A stretch of DNA of 64,000 bases from a virus. Positions within the stretch are counted from its first letter, which is position 1; each line of letters starts with the position of its first letter. The stretch lies in the IMG/VR virus record IMGVR_UViG_3300046501_000246, one strand, 5' to 3'. The translations under genes were made by a program, and so were the position numbers. The notes below the pieces were generated by a model. The model worked only from the letters and a program-made list of their open reading frames with translations. It had not been told where the DNA came from and made no database searches. Of this stretch, positions 9,713 through 22,435 are shown one piece after another.

Positions 9713-9999
9713 ACCTTCGAAAACTCTTAGCAAATCGTTACTGTTTACTCCTATCTATTCTATATTAGTTAATAAAATCAATAATATAATAAAATATCCC
9801 TCTCTCAAATTCCATATAACTGTTAAAAAGTCCAAAAAATCGTCTCTCAGCTTTTCAGAAATCGTAACAAATCCTAATCATCATTTTAACATATAACTGG
9901 AATTAGAGCGGAGGTTTAAAAATTAAGCCATTGAAATCTTTCACTAATTTAAAATAGATAGGAGTAAACAACAACAGTTTCCTAAGAAGTTTTGAAGGT
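9713..9999. repeat. long imperfect inverted repeat (116-bp arms, 55-bp spacer); candidate replication origin
   Basis: arms 9713-9828 and 9884-9999 align without gaps at 83/116 by manual count, with an 18-bp perfect core (9742-9759 / 9953-9970); AT-rich; origin role is inference. Confidence 0.8.
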
Positions 10000-10031
10000 C
10001 GAAAAAACCCCTCTAACGTAAACTCTAGGAC

Positions 10032-10060
10032 TTGACAAAACGATTTCGTTATGCTATAAT
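10032..10060 (+). promoter_or_regulatory. consensus sigma70 promoter with extended -10
   Basis: TTGACA-N17-TATAAT with TG at the extended -10 position. Confidence 0.9.
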
Positions 10061-10094
10061 CCGTTTTTAAGTCGTCAAATAAGAGTAAATATTA

Positions 10095-11015
10095 GTGACC
10101 AATATTAAACACGAATTACAATGTAAAGCGCCGGATTGCGGTAAAACATTCCTCGCCTCCAAGGCCGAGAAACAAACTTGTAGCCCTAAATGTCACATGA
10201 GATTGAAGCGGTACAGGTTCCGTCCCGCGTCTCAGAAAAAGTGTCTCCTTCCAAATTGTGAAGAGATTATCACTTATTCTACCAAAGTGGTACAGGGTAG
10301 GCCTAAATTATTTTGCTGCGCCGATCATGCCAATCGTCACAATTATAACGAAAAGTATGGCATGACCGACACGGAGCGCAACGCTACCTGTCTCAATCCG
10401 TTATGCGACACTCCCAACTTCATCAAGCATCACGGTAGGCAAATTTATTGCGGCCCGAACTGCGCCGCCGAACATAGAAGAATTAAAAATCTGCCTATTG
10501 CCGAAGATGCGGCTAAAACAATTAATCATAATAAGATGTGCAATTATTGCGGAGACGAGTTTGGCGCTAGCCGCGCCACGGCCCAATTTTGTTCCACCAG
10601 TTGCCGCGTCATGTTTAACAAACAAGATAGAATGGCTGAGTGGGTCCACAAACATGTCACCTATGATGAAGAGTCTTATTTCGAAGACGTGCTTGATGGT
10701 GAAATTTTTATCGAGTGCGAATTCAACGATGTTGACTTTTCCGGCAAGAGCATGACTAAGGCAAAATTTATTCGCTGCGTCATCAATAATTGCGACTTCA
10801 ACAAAACGTATTTTGATGGTGTCGAACTGGTCGATACTGACTTCGAAGGCCGTAACACCTTTGACGGCGCGATGATCAGGTTCACAAAGTTCCCCGCCCT
10901 AGTGACAGAAGTCCTTGACCTTCGGCTCGCTATTGTGTCTAAGATGCTGCGCCGAGAAGTTCTGGCCATGCATTGCGAAAAATTAGAGAAGAGAAGAATT
11001 AGCTATTATGAATGA
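10095..11015 (+). CDS. multi zinc-finger protein with C-terminal pentapeptide-like repeats
   Basis: four Cys clusters (CKAPDC..CSPKC, CLLPNC..CCADH, CLNPLC..CGPNC, CNYC..CSTSC) then FIECEFNDVDFSG...FIRCVINNCDFNKTYFDG repeats. Confidence 0.75.
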   Translation: MTNIKHELQCKAPDCGKTFLASKAEKQTCSPKCHMRLKRYRFRPASQKKCLLPNCEEIITYSTKVVQGRPKLFCCADHANRHNYNEKYGMTDTERNATCLNPLCDTPNFIKHHGRQIYCGPNCAAEHRRIKNLPIAEDAAKTINHNKMCNYCGDEFGASRATAQFCSTSCRVMFNKQDRMAEWVHKHVTYDEESYFEDVLDGEIFIECEFNDVDFSGKSMTKAKFIRCVINNCDFNKTYFDGVELVDTDFEGRNTFDGAMIRFTKFPALVTEVLDLRLAIVSKMLRREVLAMHCEKLEKRRISYYE

Positions 11016-11583
11016 AGACAGATATCAAGTCCTGTGTGGCAATGAGTACCTTAAGACGAGTCAAGTCGTCATCCCGTTCAATATAACGAGCCGTGGCGCG
11101 TACATCGATGATTGCGATATCATTGTCACGATGCGGCACTTGCGCCTCCTGAGCCCCGGAGATGATCTTTATTCCGTTAAACAGTGTTTGTCTCACTTCT
11201 ATGCCAAGTGGGACATTGCCCCTCTCCTATCTGATAGTAAGAAATATATCACCTATGACGGTGAAGATTTGACCCGGATGAAAAAGACCGACAAAAAATA
11301 CCGAGATACAATTTATAATAATTGTAATCTAAACGACGTTTCGTTCCACGGCAGCACTCTTCAAGACGTGATTTTTCTCAATTGTGACATAGACATTCTC
11401 GATCTAAGACATACCAATCTTGTCAATGTCTCATTCCTCCACTGCGACAAGACTTACGCCTTAAAGCTGGATCATGCAAGATTTAAAAACGTCATATTTA
11501 AAAAGACTAGCATACCAAAAGATTTAACTAATTTGGTAAAGAAGTCTGACGGTGATTATTTTGTGTTTAACAGTGCCGCTTAA
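11008..11583 (+). CDS. pentapeptide-repeat protein
   Basis: YNNCNLNDVSFHGSTLQDVIFLNCDIDILDLRHTNLVNVSFLHC periodicity; overlaps the previous gene. Confidence 0.7.
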   Translation: MNEDRYQVLCGNEYLKTSQVVIPFNITSRGAYIDDCDIIVTMRHLRLLSPGDDLYSVKQCLSHFYAKWDIAPLLSDSKKYITYDGEDLTRMKKTDKKYRDTIYNNCNLNDVSFHGSTLQDVIFLNCDIDILDLRHTNLVNVSFLHCDKTYALKLDHARFKNVIFKKTSIPKDLTNLVKKSDGDYFVFNSAA

Positions 11584-12732
11584 GATTCTACTTTAAACAC
11601 CCCGGCCAGCCGTTTAACGAGATACATGTCAGGCGTGCCATCTCTGCCCCGGTCCCAACGTTCTTCAACGCCTACCTCGATACTATCGAACGTGAAGCGC
11701 TCCCCACCGTGAAGCAAGACAATTGTCATCAAAGCAATAATTTCAGTCCTGTCTAGATAATCATTATATGTTATTAGTTTAATTTTTTCACCCCGATCAA
11801 TGATGCAGCCCGTAACGTAAAGCTCCATGTCGAGCAACTTAGAGCCGATATAGAGGACTCTCTTATCTTCCTCTACCTCATTCAAATCTATGATGATCAT
11901 TGAGGAATCTCCTCCATCCGTGGTAGTTGAGACAGAATTTTATCCGTTTCGATCCATCTCTCTGCAAATTCCTTGGTCGCGAAATAGAGCGGAGTATTGT
12001 CATAATTCATGACCTGTTTCCAGAACAGGAATTTCCGCTTCATAACAAAGATATTACCGTACATCGTTCTGCAAATTTTATATCGATTCAGCATGAATAT
12101 TCCTCCCTTTGTAACACGTAGGTCCGCGCCGCATCGAAGTTTTTGAACCGCCGCGCCATCTCCGTTCCGTAACGATCCTGCTCCATCACCACGGCCCAAA
12201 ACAACCATAGCACACGCTCCATTACTATGAAAGTACCCGACTTTTTACCGCGAATTATTTTGAACATCTTTAACGACTCCTGTTGTTGTTCTTGCTAGCA
12301 AGAGCACTAACGTTGCATCTCATTACCCGGATCAATTACGGCACGGTCCCACGCGTCATACGCAGCGTCTCAGTCCTCCTCGGCCCAACCCTCCCACGTG
12401 TCCCATTCCGCCGAGGCGCGATACACGTTGAGGATTTCCTGCAACGTCAACCCTTCCCAAAGGTCTGTGCTCTGGCAGTTGCACCAGTTATTCAGCATTT
12501 CAATTTCATCCATCGTCATATCCATGACGTGAACCGCTTTGACGGCGCAGTGTTCCAGAGCTTTGTCACTCACCTCGATCATCTTCATCCCGGCAAAGAT
12601 TTTTGCACGTGCCTTTTCCACCGTCCATTCATCTACGGGCCAGCGATCCTTAGAAGTCTCAAAGATCGTAACGAGTTCTGCAACAGTGTGTTTCATGGCG
12701 TTGGTGCTCCTTCATCAATGTTTCGTTAGACA

Positions 12733-12764
12733 TATTCTTACATCCGACTCGAAATGAAGTCAAG
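12733..12764 (-). promoter_or_regulatory. repeated early promoter, identical 32-bp copy 1
   Basis: TTGACT-N17-TAAGAA; the 32-mer TATTCTTACATCCGACTCGAAATGAAGTCAAG recurs exactly at 22404-22435. Confidence 0.8.
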
Positions 12765-13947
12765 CGGAAATCAGCTAAATAACCTTATCACTGCATCTTT
12801 CCACGCCTCGAAATGCTTTTCAAGATCGGCTAGTGGCTCAGTTGAATCATAGATATCAACACTGGCGACATGATCCGCAAAGATGTGAATCCTATATCCA
12901 GTCCCTGCTTCATTGATATTCGACATGAAATAAAAATTTGCGTGTCGTTTCAGGTTAGCAAAATAGTGCGTGGCATAGAAAGTTTGGACCGACTGATTAA
13001 GCATATCACTTCTCCTTACCATTCAAAATAAACATCAGTCTTTAGCACTAAGCTAGGCGCATCGATGTTTTTAAATCCTCGCTTCATAAGCTCTGACACG
13101 ATATTGTGTCTAAAACTGTCATCGTGATAGATTCTCATATAAGCACCATTGCCTTGGCGAAAGTTCTTGACCGCGTAAGCGATTCGCTCATCAAGATCGT
13201 CGTCATTACCCTTGCGGGCCATATCAGCTGTGAACATCAAACTTCCTCCTTCGCCGGTACAGAATCAGCAAGATATTCGTTCCACCAAATAGGCTTGTGA
13301 TAACCAGCTAGTGAGACACGTGAAAGATCAACGTTACGCGTCACGTCGCCTCGGTTCGTGCCAGTGACGCGGCCAAAGTCCCTAGTTGTATAGCGATTCA
13401 CGCCCTGCTCGTCTTCCATCGACTCATACGTCGTGCCTTCGTGATGCACCTTGACGAAAGTGACGCGCTCACCATTGAGTAGAGGAATATTCATCATCCC
13501 GACATGGAACGGCGAAGGCCTGAGATAGATTTCGAGAAAATTGATAAGCTTCTTTCTCGCCTCTAGCGCGGCCCAATGACTCGCATCAAATTTATCCAGC
13601 ATCTTACCCAAATCATGTGCAAGTTCGCCATATCGCGCCTTCTGTTCCGTAACAGTGAGAAATGTCATTTTAATTCTCCTTTAAAATTTAAATAACTTTG
13701 ACCGTAGGTTCAGCAGTTTCGACCCGATAAGATTCGACTCTGACATGAACCTCTTGAGAAACGTTGAACAGGTCGAACATGAAATACCCCGCCATACTTA
13801 GCTGCTTAACGACGCGAACCGCTTCTTCCTTCGCCATGGCTTCAGTTTTTTCGAAGATGGCGTGAGCGATGCGAGGCGTAACAGAACTGCCGGAAGCGAG
13901 TAGGACGAATTCGATGTTCATTGTGATCTCCTTTGTTGATAAATATA

Positions 13948-13976
13948 TTCTTACATCAGAATCGCAACAAGGTCAA
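13948..13976 (-). promoter_or_regulatory. repeated early promoter
   Basis: TTGACC-N17(..GATG)-TAAGAA. Confidence 0.7.
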
Positions 13977-14455
13977 TAACTTCCTCAAATTAAATTTGAA
14001 AAGTTAATATCCATACCTGTCACGAATAGCTTTGGCCCGTCTTGATAGTTCCCGCTTGTCCAAATCAGCCTCACCGAACCATAACGAAATACAAGACAAA
14101 TACATGTCCTCGGCATTCTCTTTCGTAGGTTTTTCCATCAAATCTCGAACCTGACCATCAATCTCGACCCAATCATCTAGTTCGCAGATAGTTTCGAGAT
14201 ATTCAAAATCACGTCTAGCCCTACCATATGCCATTACAGCACCTCCACCATCAACATATCAATCACTTTAACAGCGTGTCATAAATTTCTTTATGACCAG
14301 CTAGAAAGCCACCGATGTAACACGCTCTATATCGTCCAAAAATGACAGCAGCATCTTCTGGCCCGCAACACAACTCAAGCTGTTTCAACATGTCACGACC
14401 TAACAAGGCATTCATTTTGGGAACAAACACTTCGTCAAATTCTTTACCGATCTCG

Positions 14456-14863
14456 TCAACTGTTTTCATGCCGGTTCCCCTTCTCCACGTTACAGGTGAA
14501 GCACATGGTTTGATAATTATTGGGATGATTAGCCCCGCCCTTAGACTTAGGAACGATATGATCCTTCGTGATCATTACTTCCTCGCCGTCCAAATTCTTG
14601 CCGTAAAGATTAAAGTGAAACCCTTGCGACATAGGAGTGATACTCCCATCTGGTCGAAGCTTTACGGTGCGCTCCATGGCGTAATAAAGACCCACTGTTC
14701 CGCACGTGACACAACACCGATTCTTGGCAAAAAGCTTATATCTGTCACTGCCGGTTTTCACCAATTCTCCATCCAACACAACCTTTTTATCAGGATTGTC
14801 ATAGTCGATCAACGATGTGATATGTTCAACACTATATGTGCCACGCCGCTCATACATTCTCAT
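14456..14863 (-). CDS. HNH endonuclease
   Basis: CVTC...TKDHIVPKSKGGANHPNNYQTMCFTCNVEK. Confidence 0.88.
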   Translation of the reverse strand: MRMYERRGTYSVEHITSLIDYDNPDKKVVLDGELVKTGSDRYKLFAKNRCCVTCGTVGLYYAMERTVKLRPDGSITPMSQGFHFNLYGKNLDGEEVMITKDHIVPKSKGGANHPNNYQTMCFTCNVEKGNRHENS

Positions 14864-16836
14864 GTACCTTCTTATTATTTAAAAGCTTAGAAAACATCTC
14901 GCCGCGAATTTCATCAAGCGGTTTGAAATATTTATAGCTATAGCCAGATTTAATGCCGCCGATATAAATACCTACTTCATCAAAAGTTAGAAATATTTCT
15001 TTCTTATTTTGAGGCTCCACACCATATCTTATTGAAGTTATGGTATAAATTTTATTCACAACTGGTGTCCTATCATTAACCATTTCAAATTCTTTGACAC
15101 AAACCACCTTCTGCCCCATAACGAATTTGCATTCCATTACCAATTAACCCCTTCTACTTCATCTCTGACCCATGCCTTGACATAAGCACTACAATTTTGG
15201 AGCGCGCATTCATCGAACGCTGTTGCGGCGTCATCAGTTCTGAGACACGGATAAGGACCAGAAACGCCTATATCGCTCATCCTGTCGGTGATTTCGACAT
15301 AGACGGTATAGCGTCTTACGTGCTTCTCACCTATTTTTAGCATCTGCATCCCCTACAATATTTAGAATTTTATCCGTCGCCACTTTCAATTCTGCCATGG
15401 CCCGCCTCAATCGCTCATTCCGCCACGCCTGACCCCTTGCGCTCCATATCATTGTCTTGATAATGTTGTCATCATTTTCCTTGATACGCTTCGCATAAGA
15501 AGTGGCAATGCCCTTATCGGCCCACGACCCGACATACACAATACCATTATCTAGTGTGACTTTTTCAACGATATAGGACATGTAGAACCTCCTCTAAATC
15601 ATTATCTCAAGATGATTCAATGTGCCACGAAATGATTTAGGCGTCAATTACAGAATCACCTATCTCCCCGAATCATCTTGAGATAATGCTTTATCTGTTT
15701 AATAACATCTTCAGCCGTGACTTCTTCCTTATCGATATAGGTATCGATTTCTTTAAAGATGTTAGCCGTTTTCTGCTTAGTGAAGCCGATATGGCTGACC
15801 CATTCCTCCGCGTCGAAAGGAAGATTGACAAAGAGAGGGCTTAAGCCGCGAAGCGCGGTCCAAATGTTATGTCTCAGCATTCTGTCAGCTTCGGCCCGCT
15901 TGTCACTCTCTTCCAGCATCTTCCCGGCCCGCCACTGCGTGTCGTCATCTGAATTGAGGAGCTTATCAATGAAATCTCTATTATTAGCCATCTTCATTCT
16001 TCTCCTGTTACAGGGTTAAGCAGCATGGAAAGAATGGCACCGGTATTGGCCTGAGTTTCGCGAAGCTGCTCCGATTGCGACTCACTAAAACTGTCTCTGA
16101 CACGACATGCCGCTGTCACGATTTCGTCACAGATATTATACAGCCGGTCCGCAACCTTGTCATTGCCTGTGACATGAAAGGAGTGAGCCAAGCGTTCCAA
16201 ACGACGTACCACGTCATTCATATGACTGACATTGTCAAACACGGCGTCGAGATGTTTTTTAGATGCGGTCATTGTTTAAATCTCCTTAAGTGAAAGCGGC
16301 GTCGTTTGATGGTCTTTTATTACATCTCGGTATAAATTATGTCAACTAAATTAATTTCAATGACGTGAATAAAGCCAATTTCATGCGTCACAGTCTCAAC
16401 CGTACCCATAATCCTTTCAATTTTTACCCGATCCCCCTGACGGGGTAGAACCGCGACCCGCGCATCAATGAACCTGCCGATATCTTCTCTGTCAACGAAG
16501 GTAAACATCACGTCAATCATTATATTCCCCTTTCTGATTCGTAATCACTATTCTACCTACGAACCGTTTCGATAGTTTCAGAACTGGCGCACCACGACCC
16601 ACCACAAGTCCTCAGTATGTCGATCAGGTTCTCCCTAGTCATATCGACCGTGACGCACCTATCAATGGCAACTTCATCGAGCCAGTCCACTTCTTTCAAA
16701 GTATTACGGGCCATGACACGTGCCTCACGCAGCGTAGCGGCATAATCAGTTCCGTCAGCCGTTTCGATGGTGTAAATCGTAAAACCCTTAGCCATGACAA
16801 TCTCCCCTTAAGTGAGTTTGAAAACATTATGACTTT

Positions 16837-16865
16837 TTATTACATCTGGTTCGAATCAATGTCAA
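16837..16865 (-). promoter_or_regulatory. repeated early promoter
   Basis: TTGACA-N17(..GATG)-TAATAA. Confidence 0.75.
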
Positions 16866-18726
16866 GCCTTAGTCACGATACCTACGACGAATTGTCCGAT
16901 ACAAACCATGGATAAAAGGATCGGCTTGGAAATTAACATCGCGCCAATCCACATAGGTCCTGCCATACTGCCTCACCAGCACGCCATCGGCAAATATGTA
17001 GGAACAGTCGCTCACGATTGCTGCTCGCTCCCTACGTGGCCGCTTGTTGTGATATGGCTCGTTGTGAGGATTTGCGAGTCTATCTGCCTCACACTCATAA
17101 TCAACCGTCTCTTTCGAAATAACCGCTTTCAGTGCCCATTCATTCCTGAGTCGTTCAAAGTCGTGTTCAATCATATCAATTCTCCTATTTATGATAAGAC
17201 TATTAAAAATACAGAGAAAGATTCTGCCTCGCCGAGATCAATCGGTCAACCTCTTCCATACTGAGCCGAACAATGATGACCTTGTTCGAACGCGCATTTT
17301 CATCTTCATTAGGAATAGGAATAGTGATGCTGAAATGCTTGTTCTGAAGCAGTCCCGGCACGGCATAGTCACATATCCCGAAACTCGGATCGCCTAGGGC
17401 GAGCATTTTCTTCGATCCAGTCTTATAAATTACTGCCATGACTTCCTCCTATTAACCTAGATGGCGATAGAACTGAGCCGTATCACCAGATGCATCAGTC
17501 ATTATAGCGATACCGCTGACGCGGTAGTACGTCCGAACGTCATCGATATGACTCCTGACATAATACAGCCCGTCATACTCAATGAAGCCAGCTGATTCAA
17601 ACGCCATGCCTGACATAGTTATTTTCTTAACCGAGCCGTCGCGTTCCGTGAGTGAGACTTGAACATCAGTCATATCTTAGCCCCTCTCCCTCGCGCCGTT
17701 ATAAAGAATCGTAGCCTCAAACAGGGTGTAAATCAACCCGGTATGCACCACGACATTATTATAGAGCACTTGATAAGTGATAACAATGTTATGGTGATCC
17801 ACGTACATCCTGAGACGTTTGACATTGCCCAAATTATCCTCAAACGTTGCAATATCCTCAAAATGACTATCAAAGTCCGCCACAACGATAAATGTTTTAT
17901 TGATTGGCACCGGTTCAAACTCCTCTAATATTTCCTTACAACAACGTTAGGAAAGTTCGACTCCATTGTCAATCAATAAAACGCTGGACTGATTGAAATC
18001 TCGACAAAGTCTGCCAGTTCTGAATTGTATAACGAGACTACCGTGCCATTTTTTAGCACCGCGACAGGCTCAGAGCCGACCGTTCCCGGCTCAACGTAAT
18101 TCGTTTTGATACCCGCAACCCTTAATGTCATGTTATAATCGAACGGGCTGCGCCAATAAAACGAAGGAAGGTCTTTCCGCTTCACCCTTGCCCTGAAAAG
18201 TTCAATCTCTGGATCGGTCATTGTTAATCTCCCTCTTCCGTTTCGCGGATTGCAACTTTATAATTGCCCCGATCAGCCTGACATTCTCATTCAAAGTTTC
18301 AGGATAATGCTTTCCAAAGTTGGCATACTCATTCATCGGGAACGCAACGCCATCTTCATAGACCACGCCGTCACTAATCCCATTTTCGAGACAATGAAGT
18401 CTGAAGGCTTGAATTTTTAATTCTTCGCCAAATTTGATATGAAGTTCGTTCCGCATATCACTCATCTTCGTTTTCCTCCTCATCTTCTGAATCTTCGACT
18501 TCTTCAGCCTCTTGGGCATCGAATATGTCGGACCATTTGTCCCACTTCGCAGCAGCTGCGGCGCGCTCTTCTTCACGTTGTTCCGGTGTCAGAGCTTCGA
18601 AACGTTCCCGTTCCTTATCTTGCTCAGCGTTCCATTCATTGAGGCGTTTCTCTTCCTCTTCGGCAAAGAATTCAGCCATTGTTTTGGATTTGTTGGTCAC
18701 GGCTCTGTCTCCTTTTCAATAACTTA

Positions 18727-18755
18727 TTCTTACATCCGAGCCGCGCCTGAGTCAA
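18727..18755 (-). promoter_or_regulatory. repeated early promoter
   Basis: TTGACT-N17(..GGATG)-TAAGAA. Confidence 0.75.
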
Positions 18756-19602
18756 TAACTAAATTTTTTAATCTTCGACAGGCTCAACTGTACCCATTCG
18801 AGGAGGTATGATCCAGCAGCAAAATGAAGGGCTATGGCCCATCGGATCATAACCTTCTTCATTATCAATGCTGATCCGATCCACTTTGGGGTGATATCTG
18901 ACATAAAGAGTTTGATCAAGCTTGACCCAATACATGACAGAGACTGTTGTCATTTAACCTGCCTCCTAATCATGTTAAAATACTGTTCCGCCTGCTCAGG
19001 ATCATCAAACACTTTTGTCTCTGTTCCGGGTTTGCGAACGACCCAAACACGCTTATCATTCAGTGTTGCGTTACAGAGGTTGGTCTTAACACCCGCCTTA
19101 TCTATCCCGCAACTCCCGCCCCAATAAGGCTGTTCCAATCTGTGTTTCATCTGCTTGTCGCCGCCAGCGCCATTCTCAGGACTCGGTCGGTCCAGTCCTT
19201 ACCCTCTCGGAATTCGAAAGCGTTCAGGCTCTTGTCCTGATCGTTATAGAACGCTATGAGACTCCTACGGCGAAGGTGGATCACGGCTCGTTTGCCATGA
19301 CCTTTGGTAACGCCAGTGACTGAAACTATTGCATGATGATCTTCTGACATGTCAATCCTCCTTCTTGAAATCCAAGAGATGTTGTTCCATGCTCTCAGAA
19401 AAAGTGATTCCGGTTCTTTCAGCCGCCGATTTGATAGCCTCAATGTCCCAACCGTTGCGCCAAAATCTTTTCACATATTGGTCCGTGTCGAACCAGTGCC
19501 GACGCCATTCCCAAATAAAATTGAAAGCTTCTCGATCAGTCATGACTGGTCTCCTATTTTCATCCCGCTTGCGGGAGGGAAATTATCGTTTCGATGTATA
19601 TT

Positions 19603-19631
19603 TTATTACATCTTATCTAAGGCAGTGTCAA
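19603..19631 (-). promoter_or_regulatory. repeated early promoter
   Basis: TTGACA-N17(..GATG)-TAATAA. Confidence 0.75.
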
Positions 19632-20688
19632 GCATCAAGTGTCACAAATTCCTTCTGAAACTGTGTCACATCCAATTTTTGAAGCGGCTTAAACCTAGAG
19701 GCGCGGAACGCCTGTACGCTCATGCCGATAATTTTGTAGTCTATCGGTTTATTTTTAATTTCAACCAACCGTATGCTATTGGTCTCCATTTTGATACTAT
19801 CGTCCCACCACATCAGAGTTTCCATGACAGTGTAAACAATTCCCTTGACGGGGAATATCACTCCTCTGGATTTTATTTTTTCAAATAATGGAGAAGTATG
19901 ATAACCGGTATCATCAATTAAAACAACGTGTTGACCGATTTGCATCTCACAATCCCCACTTTTCCTTGACGTGATCCGGCAACCGAATATTCGGCATCCA
20001 GCACAGCGGCTCGACATTATCTTTGTTGACAACGTTCCACTGACCATATTGATACGCGCCTTGCAAGGAGTAAATGAATGCGCCCTGTTTCACGGCGAGG
20101 ATGCAATGTGTTCCATCGAGCGGAGCGGTTTCCATGTCACGCCAGCCTTCTTGAAGAGATAAGATTTTCTCCTCAGAATCGTTCTGAGGAGAAAAAGCCC
20201 AAGCCGTAGGTCCATCCCTCATTTCTTTTACCAAGTCAGCCACGATCTTATCAATCGTATCAGGCGTCAAGACCTTGCCGCAATGGCTCACTAGAGCGAA
20301 GAGGATTGTGGATTCTTGTGTCGCTGCTCTGCTCATTCTATTTTCTCCTATTTGCGAATCTGCGCCAAAAGTCCCAATGATTCATATTTTCCAATGCAGC
20401 GAAATCTTCAGCCGAAAGAAGTCCACTCGCCGCCGTTTGTATCCAGATATCCATGGCTAGGTCGTGAGCCTCTTCCGGCGTGATCCTCAGACCTTCTCCA
20501 CTTGCCGCAGCTATCATGATGGCTTGGTAGATATCTCGGCTCATTTATAAGCCTCCGTGTCCATATCGAGCCACCGGCTCCAAGCCTCTTCATAATTGAA
20601 AGAGTCAATGAAGATACGCATAGCATCCACAGAATTTTCGAAACTCCAACCCATGTTGTGATACTGGCGCAGCATTACGATTTGCTTT

Positions 20689-21405
20689 TCATTCATCGTC
20701 AGTATCCTCCTTAATTTGCAACGGCGTTGCACTATTTTCAGGGCCTTGCAACGTGTTAATCCCGGCCCTAGTGATGATATTCATCATGTAGCCGTGAATC
20801 TCTTGCTTGCCCTTCTCTATCGTGCCCTCCACGTATTCACCGAACTGCTGAGCCGCGAAAGGAATGTGATCATCGAGTCTCTTCCGAGCCGACCTGATCT
20901 TTGATGAAACTTCATCTGCCTTTTTCTTGGACAAACCAAGCCCATCCACAGCAGCAAGAGCTTCATCAAGGAAGCGAACCGTTTCGGCCAAGTCTTGATC
21001 GACTTCCATCTTGACAAGCTTGGACCGTTCCAGTGAAGGAATGCCGGGGACAGATTTATTGTTCAAACGCTGCAACGTGCAAGGCGTACCGTCGCCAATA
21101 TTGGGAGCACTAACAAACGTGGCCCATTGAGACTCAGTCATTGCGACTTCGATGTAGCTCTCACGGCCCATGTGCCAGTCTCGGTTCAAGCTGCGATGAA
21201 ATTCCGCTCCCTTGATCCGCACCACCATATAGTTATTGTGATGAAAGTCACTGCCGAACAGATTGGTATGACCAGAGACACGGCTAGCGCCAATCATGGC
21301 GAACGCGGGATGAGACGTAACAGTGCCTTCGTTCCACAAGCTTTCACGTGTCTCAGGCATAACTTCGTTAGCTTTTGGCTTGGCGTACATCATAAGCTCC
21401 TTCAA
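20689..21405 (-). CDS. conserved phage hypothetical protein
   Basis: 238 aa; HPAFAMIGASRVSG..LFGSDF and YIEVAMTESQWATFVS...G.GTPCT motifs; likely start MMYAKP. Confidence 0.75.
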   Translation of the reverse strand: MKELMMYAKPKANEVMPETRESLWNEGTVTSHPAFAMIGASRVSGHTNLFGSDFHHNNYMVVRIKGAEFHRSLNRDWHMGRESYIEVAMTESQWATFVSAPNIGDGTPCTLQRLNNKSVPGIPSLERSKLVKMEVDQDLAETVRFLDEALAAVDGLGLSKKKADEVSSKIRSARKRLDDHIPFAAQQFGEYVEGTIEKGKQEIHGYMMNIITRAGINTLQGPENSATPLQIKEDTDDE

Positions 21406-21442
21406 ATTTATTTGAGGGAGGTTGTCTCCCTGCGTTAACTTT

Positions 21443-21471
21443 TTATTACAATTATTTTATAACCAAGTCAA
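21443..21471 (-). promoter_or_regulatory. repeated early promoter
   Basis: TTGACT-N17-TAATAA. Confidence 0.7.
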
Positions 21472-21858
21472 TCGCTTTCTTTAATAGGCTTCAGAATAAT
21501 TCTGTACTGCTGCAAATAACCTCGTCCGTCGCGCATTTCTTCGAACAATTCAATTCTGTCGCCGTACATTTCCAAGATTTTATCAGCATCGATATAGCTC
21601 GTTTCGGTATAATTGTGGTACACAATAGTACCACCTTCAGGAGTTTCAAGAAGGTCTGAGAGGGTACGAGCCACGTCACGGCTAATCGCTGCGATATGTG
21701 CATCATCGAAGCTGCCCCGATCTTTCCACTGCTTCAAGATTCGGTAAATGTCGGCTGGCGTAATCTTAGCAACTTCTGTCTCCTTCCAGCGCGAAAGGTC
21801 TCGGTTCGGTTCAACAACTTCCATCATGTCAAATCTCCTCAGTGATTTCGTTGTCTTT

Positions 21859-21886
21859 TTATTACATTTTAAAGATCAGATGTCAA
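21859..21886 (-). promoter_or_regulatory. repeated early promoter
   Basis: TTGACA-N16(..ATG)-TAATAA. Confidence 0.6.
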
Positions 21887-22403
21887 TCGAGATAATCATC
21901 CCAATCGCTAAACATTTCGTCGCACCGAGCGTGCCAATCCTTAACGCTCGCCATGTAGCGCTCATCGTTCTTCAATTCTTCGCTATACCTTTGAGCCATC
22001 ATTTTGTTGGTGAAGGCGTAATGGCAAGCCATGGCTGAACTTTCGATGTTATAAGAACCAAGAAGCTCACCATCTTTATTTTCAAAAGGTCCACAGCTGC
22101 CTTCACTCATCGTATTGCTGATAGAATAGTAAGCTGGACCGGAACAAAGCACGGCAGGGTCTTCCTCCATCGCTTCAGGAGCCACCAGATAGGACCGAGA
22201 CGTGATAAGGAAGGATGACAAACAACCGCTCTGCGTCACGATCCAGATCCGAACCTGACCTTCTTCCTTTGCTTCGTCAATGAGATGCAGGATTTCGGCG
22301 CGGAACTTGATAGAACCCTTTGGAGCAGGAGCATCGCTACGGTCTGCGCTATAGTCTGTCATCTTGAAATCTCCTTTATTGTGATTAAATTGTTTCGTTG
22401 ACT

Positions 22404-22435
22404 TATTCTTACATCCGACTCGAAATGAAGTCAAG
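22404..22435 (-). promoter_or_regulatory. repeated early promoter, identical 32-bp copy 2
   Basis: exact match to 12733-12764. Confidence 0.8.

Larger units (their letters stand above)
11580..20732 (-). other. early/host-takeover-type array of small hypothetical genes (part 1)
   Basis: about 30 abutting 60-140 aa ORFs with SD sites (e.g. 11580-11900, 12370-12696, 12771-13022, 13237-13668, 14004-14234, 14850-15143, 15656-15997, 16869-17174, 17973-18221, 18458-18700, 19947-20336, 20338-20544), interspersed with repeated promoters. Confidence 0.75.
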
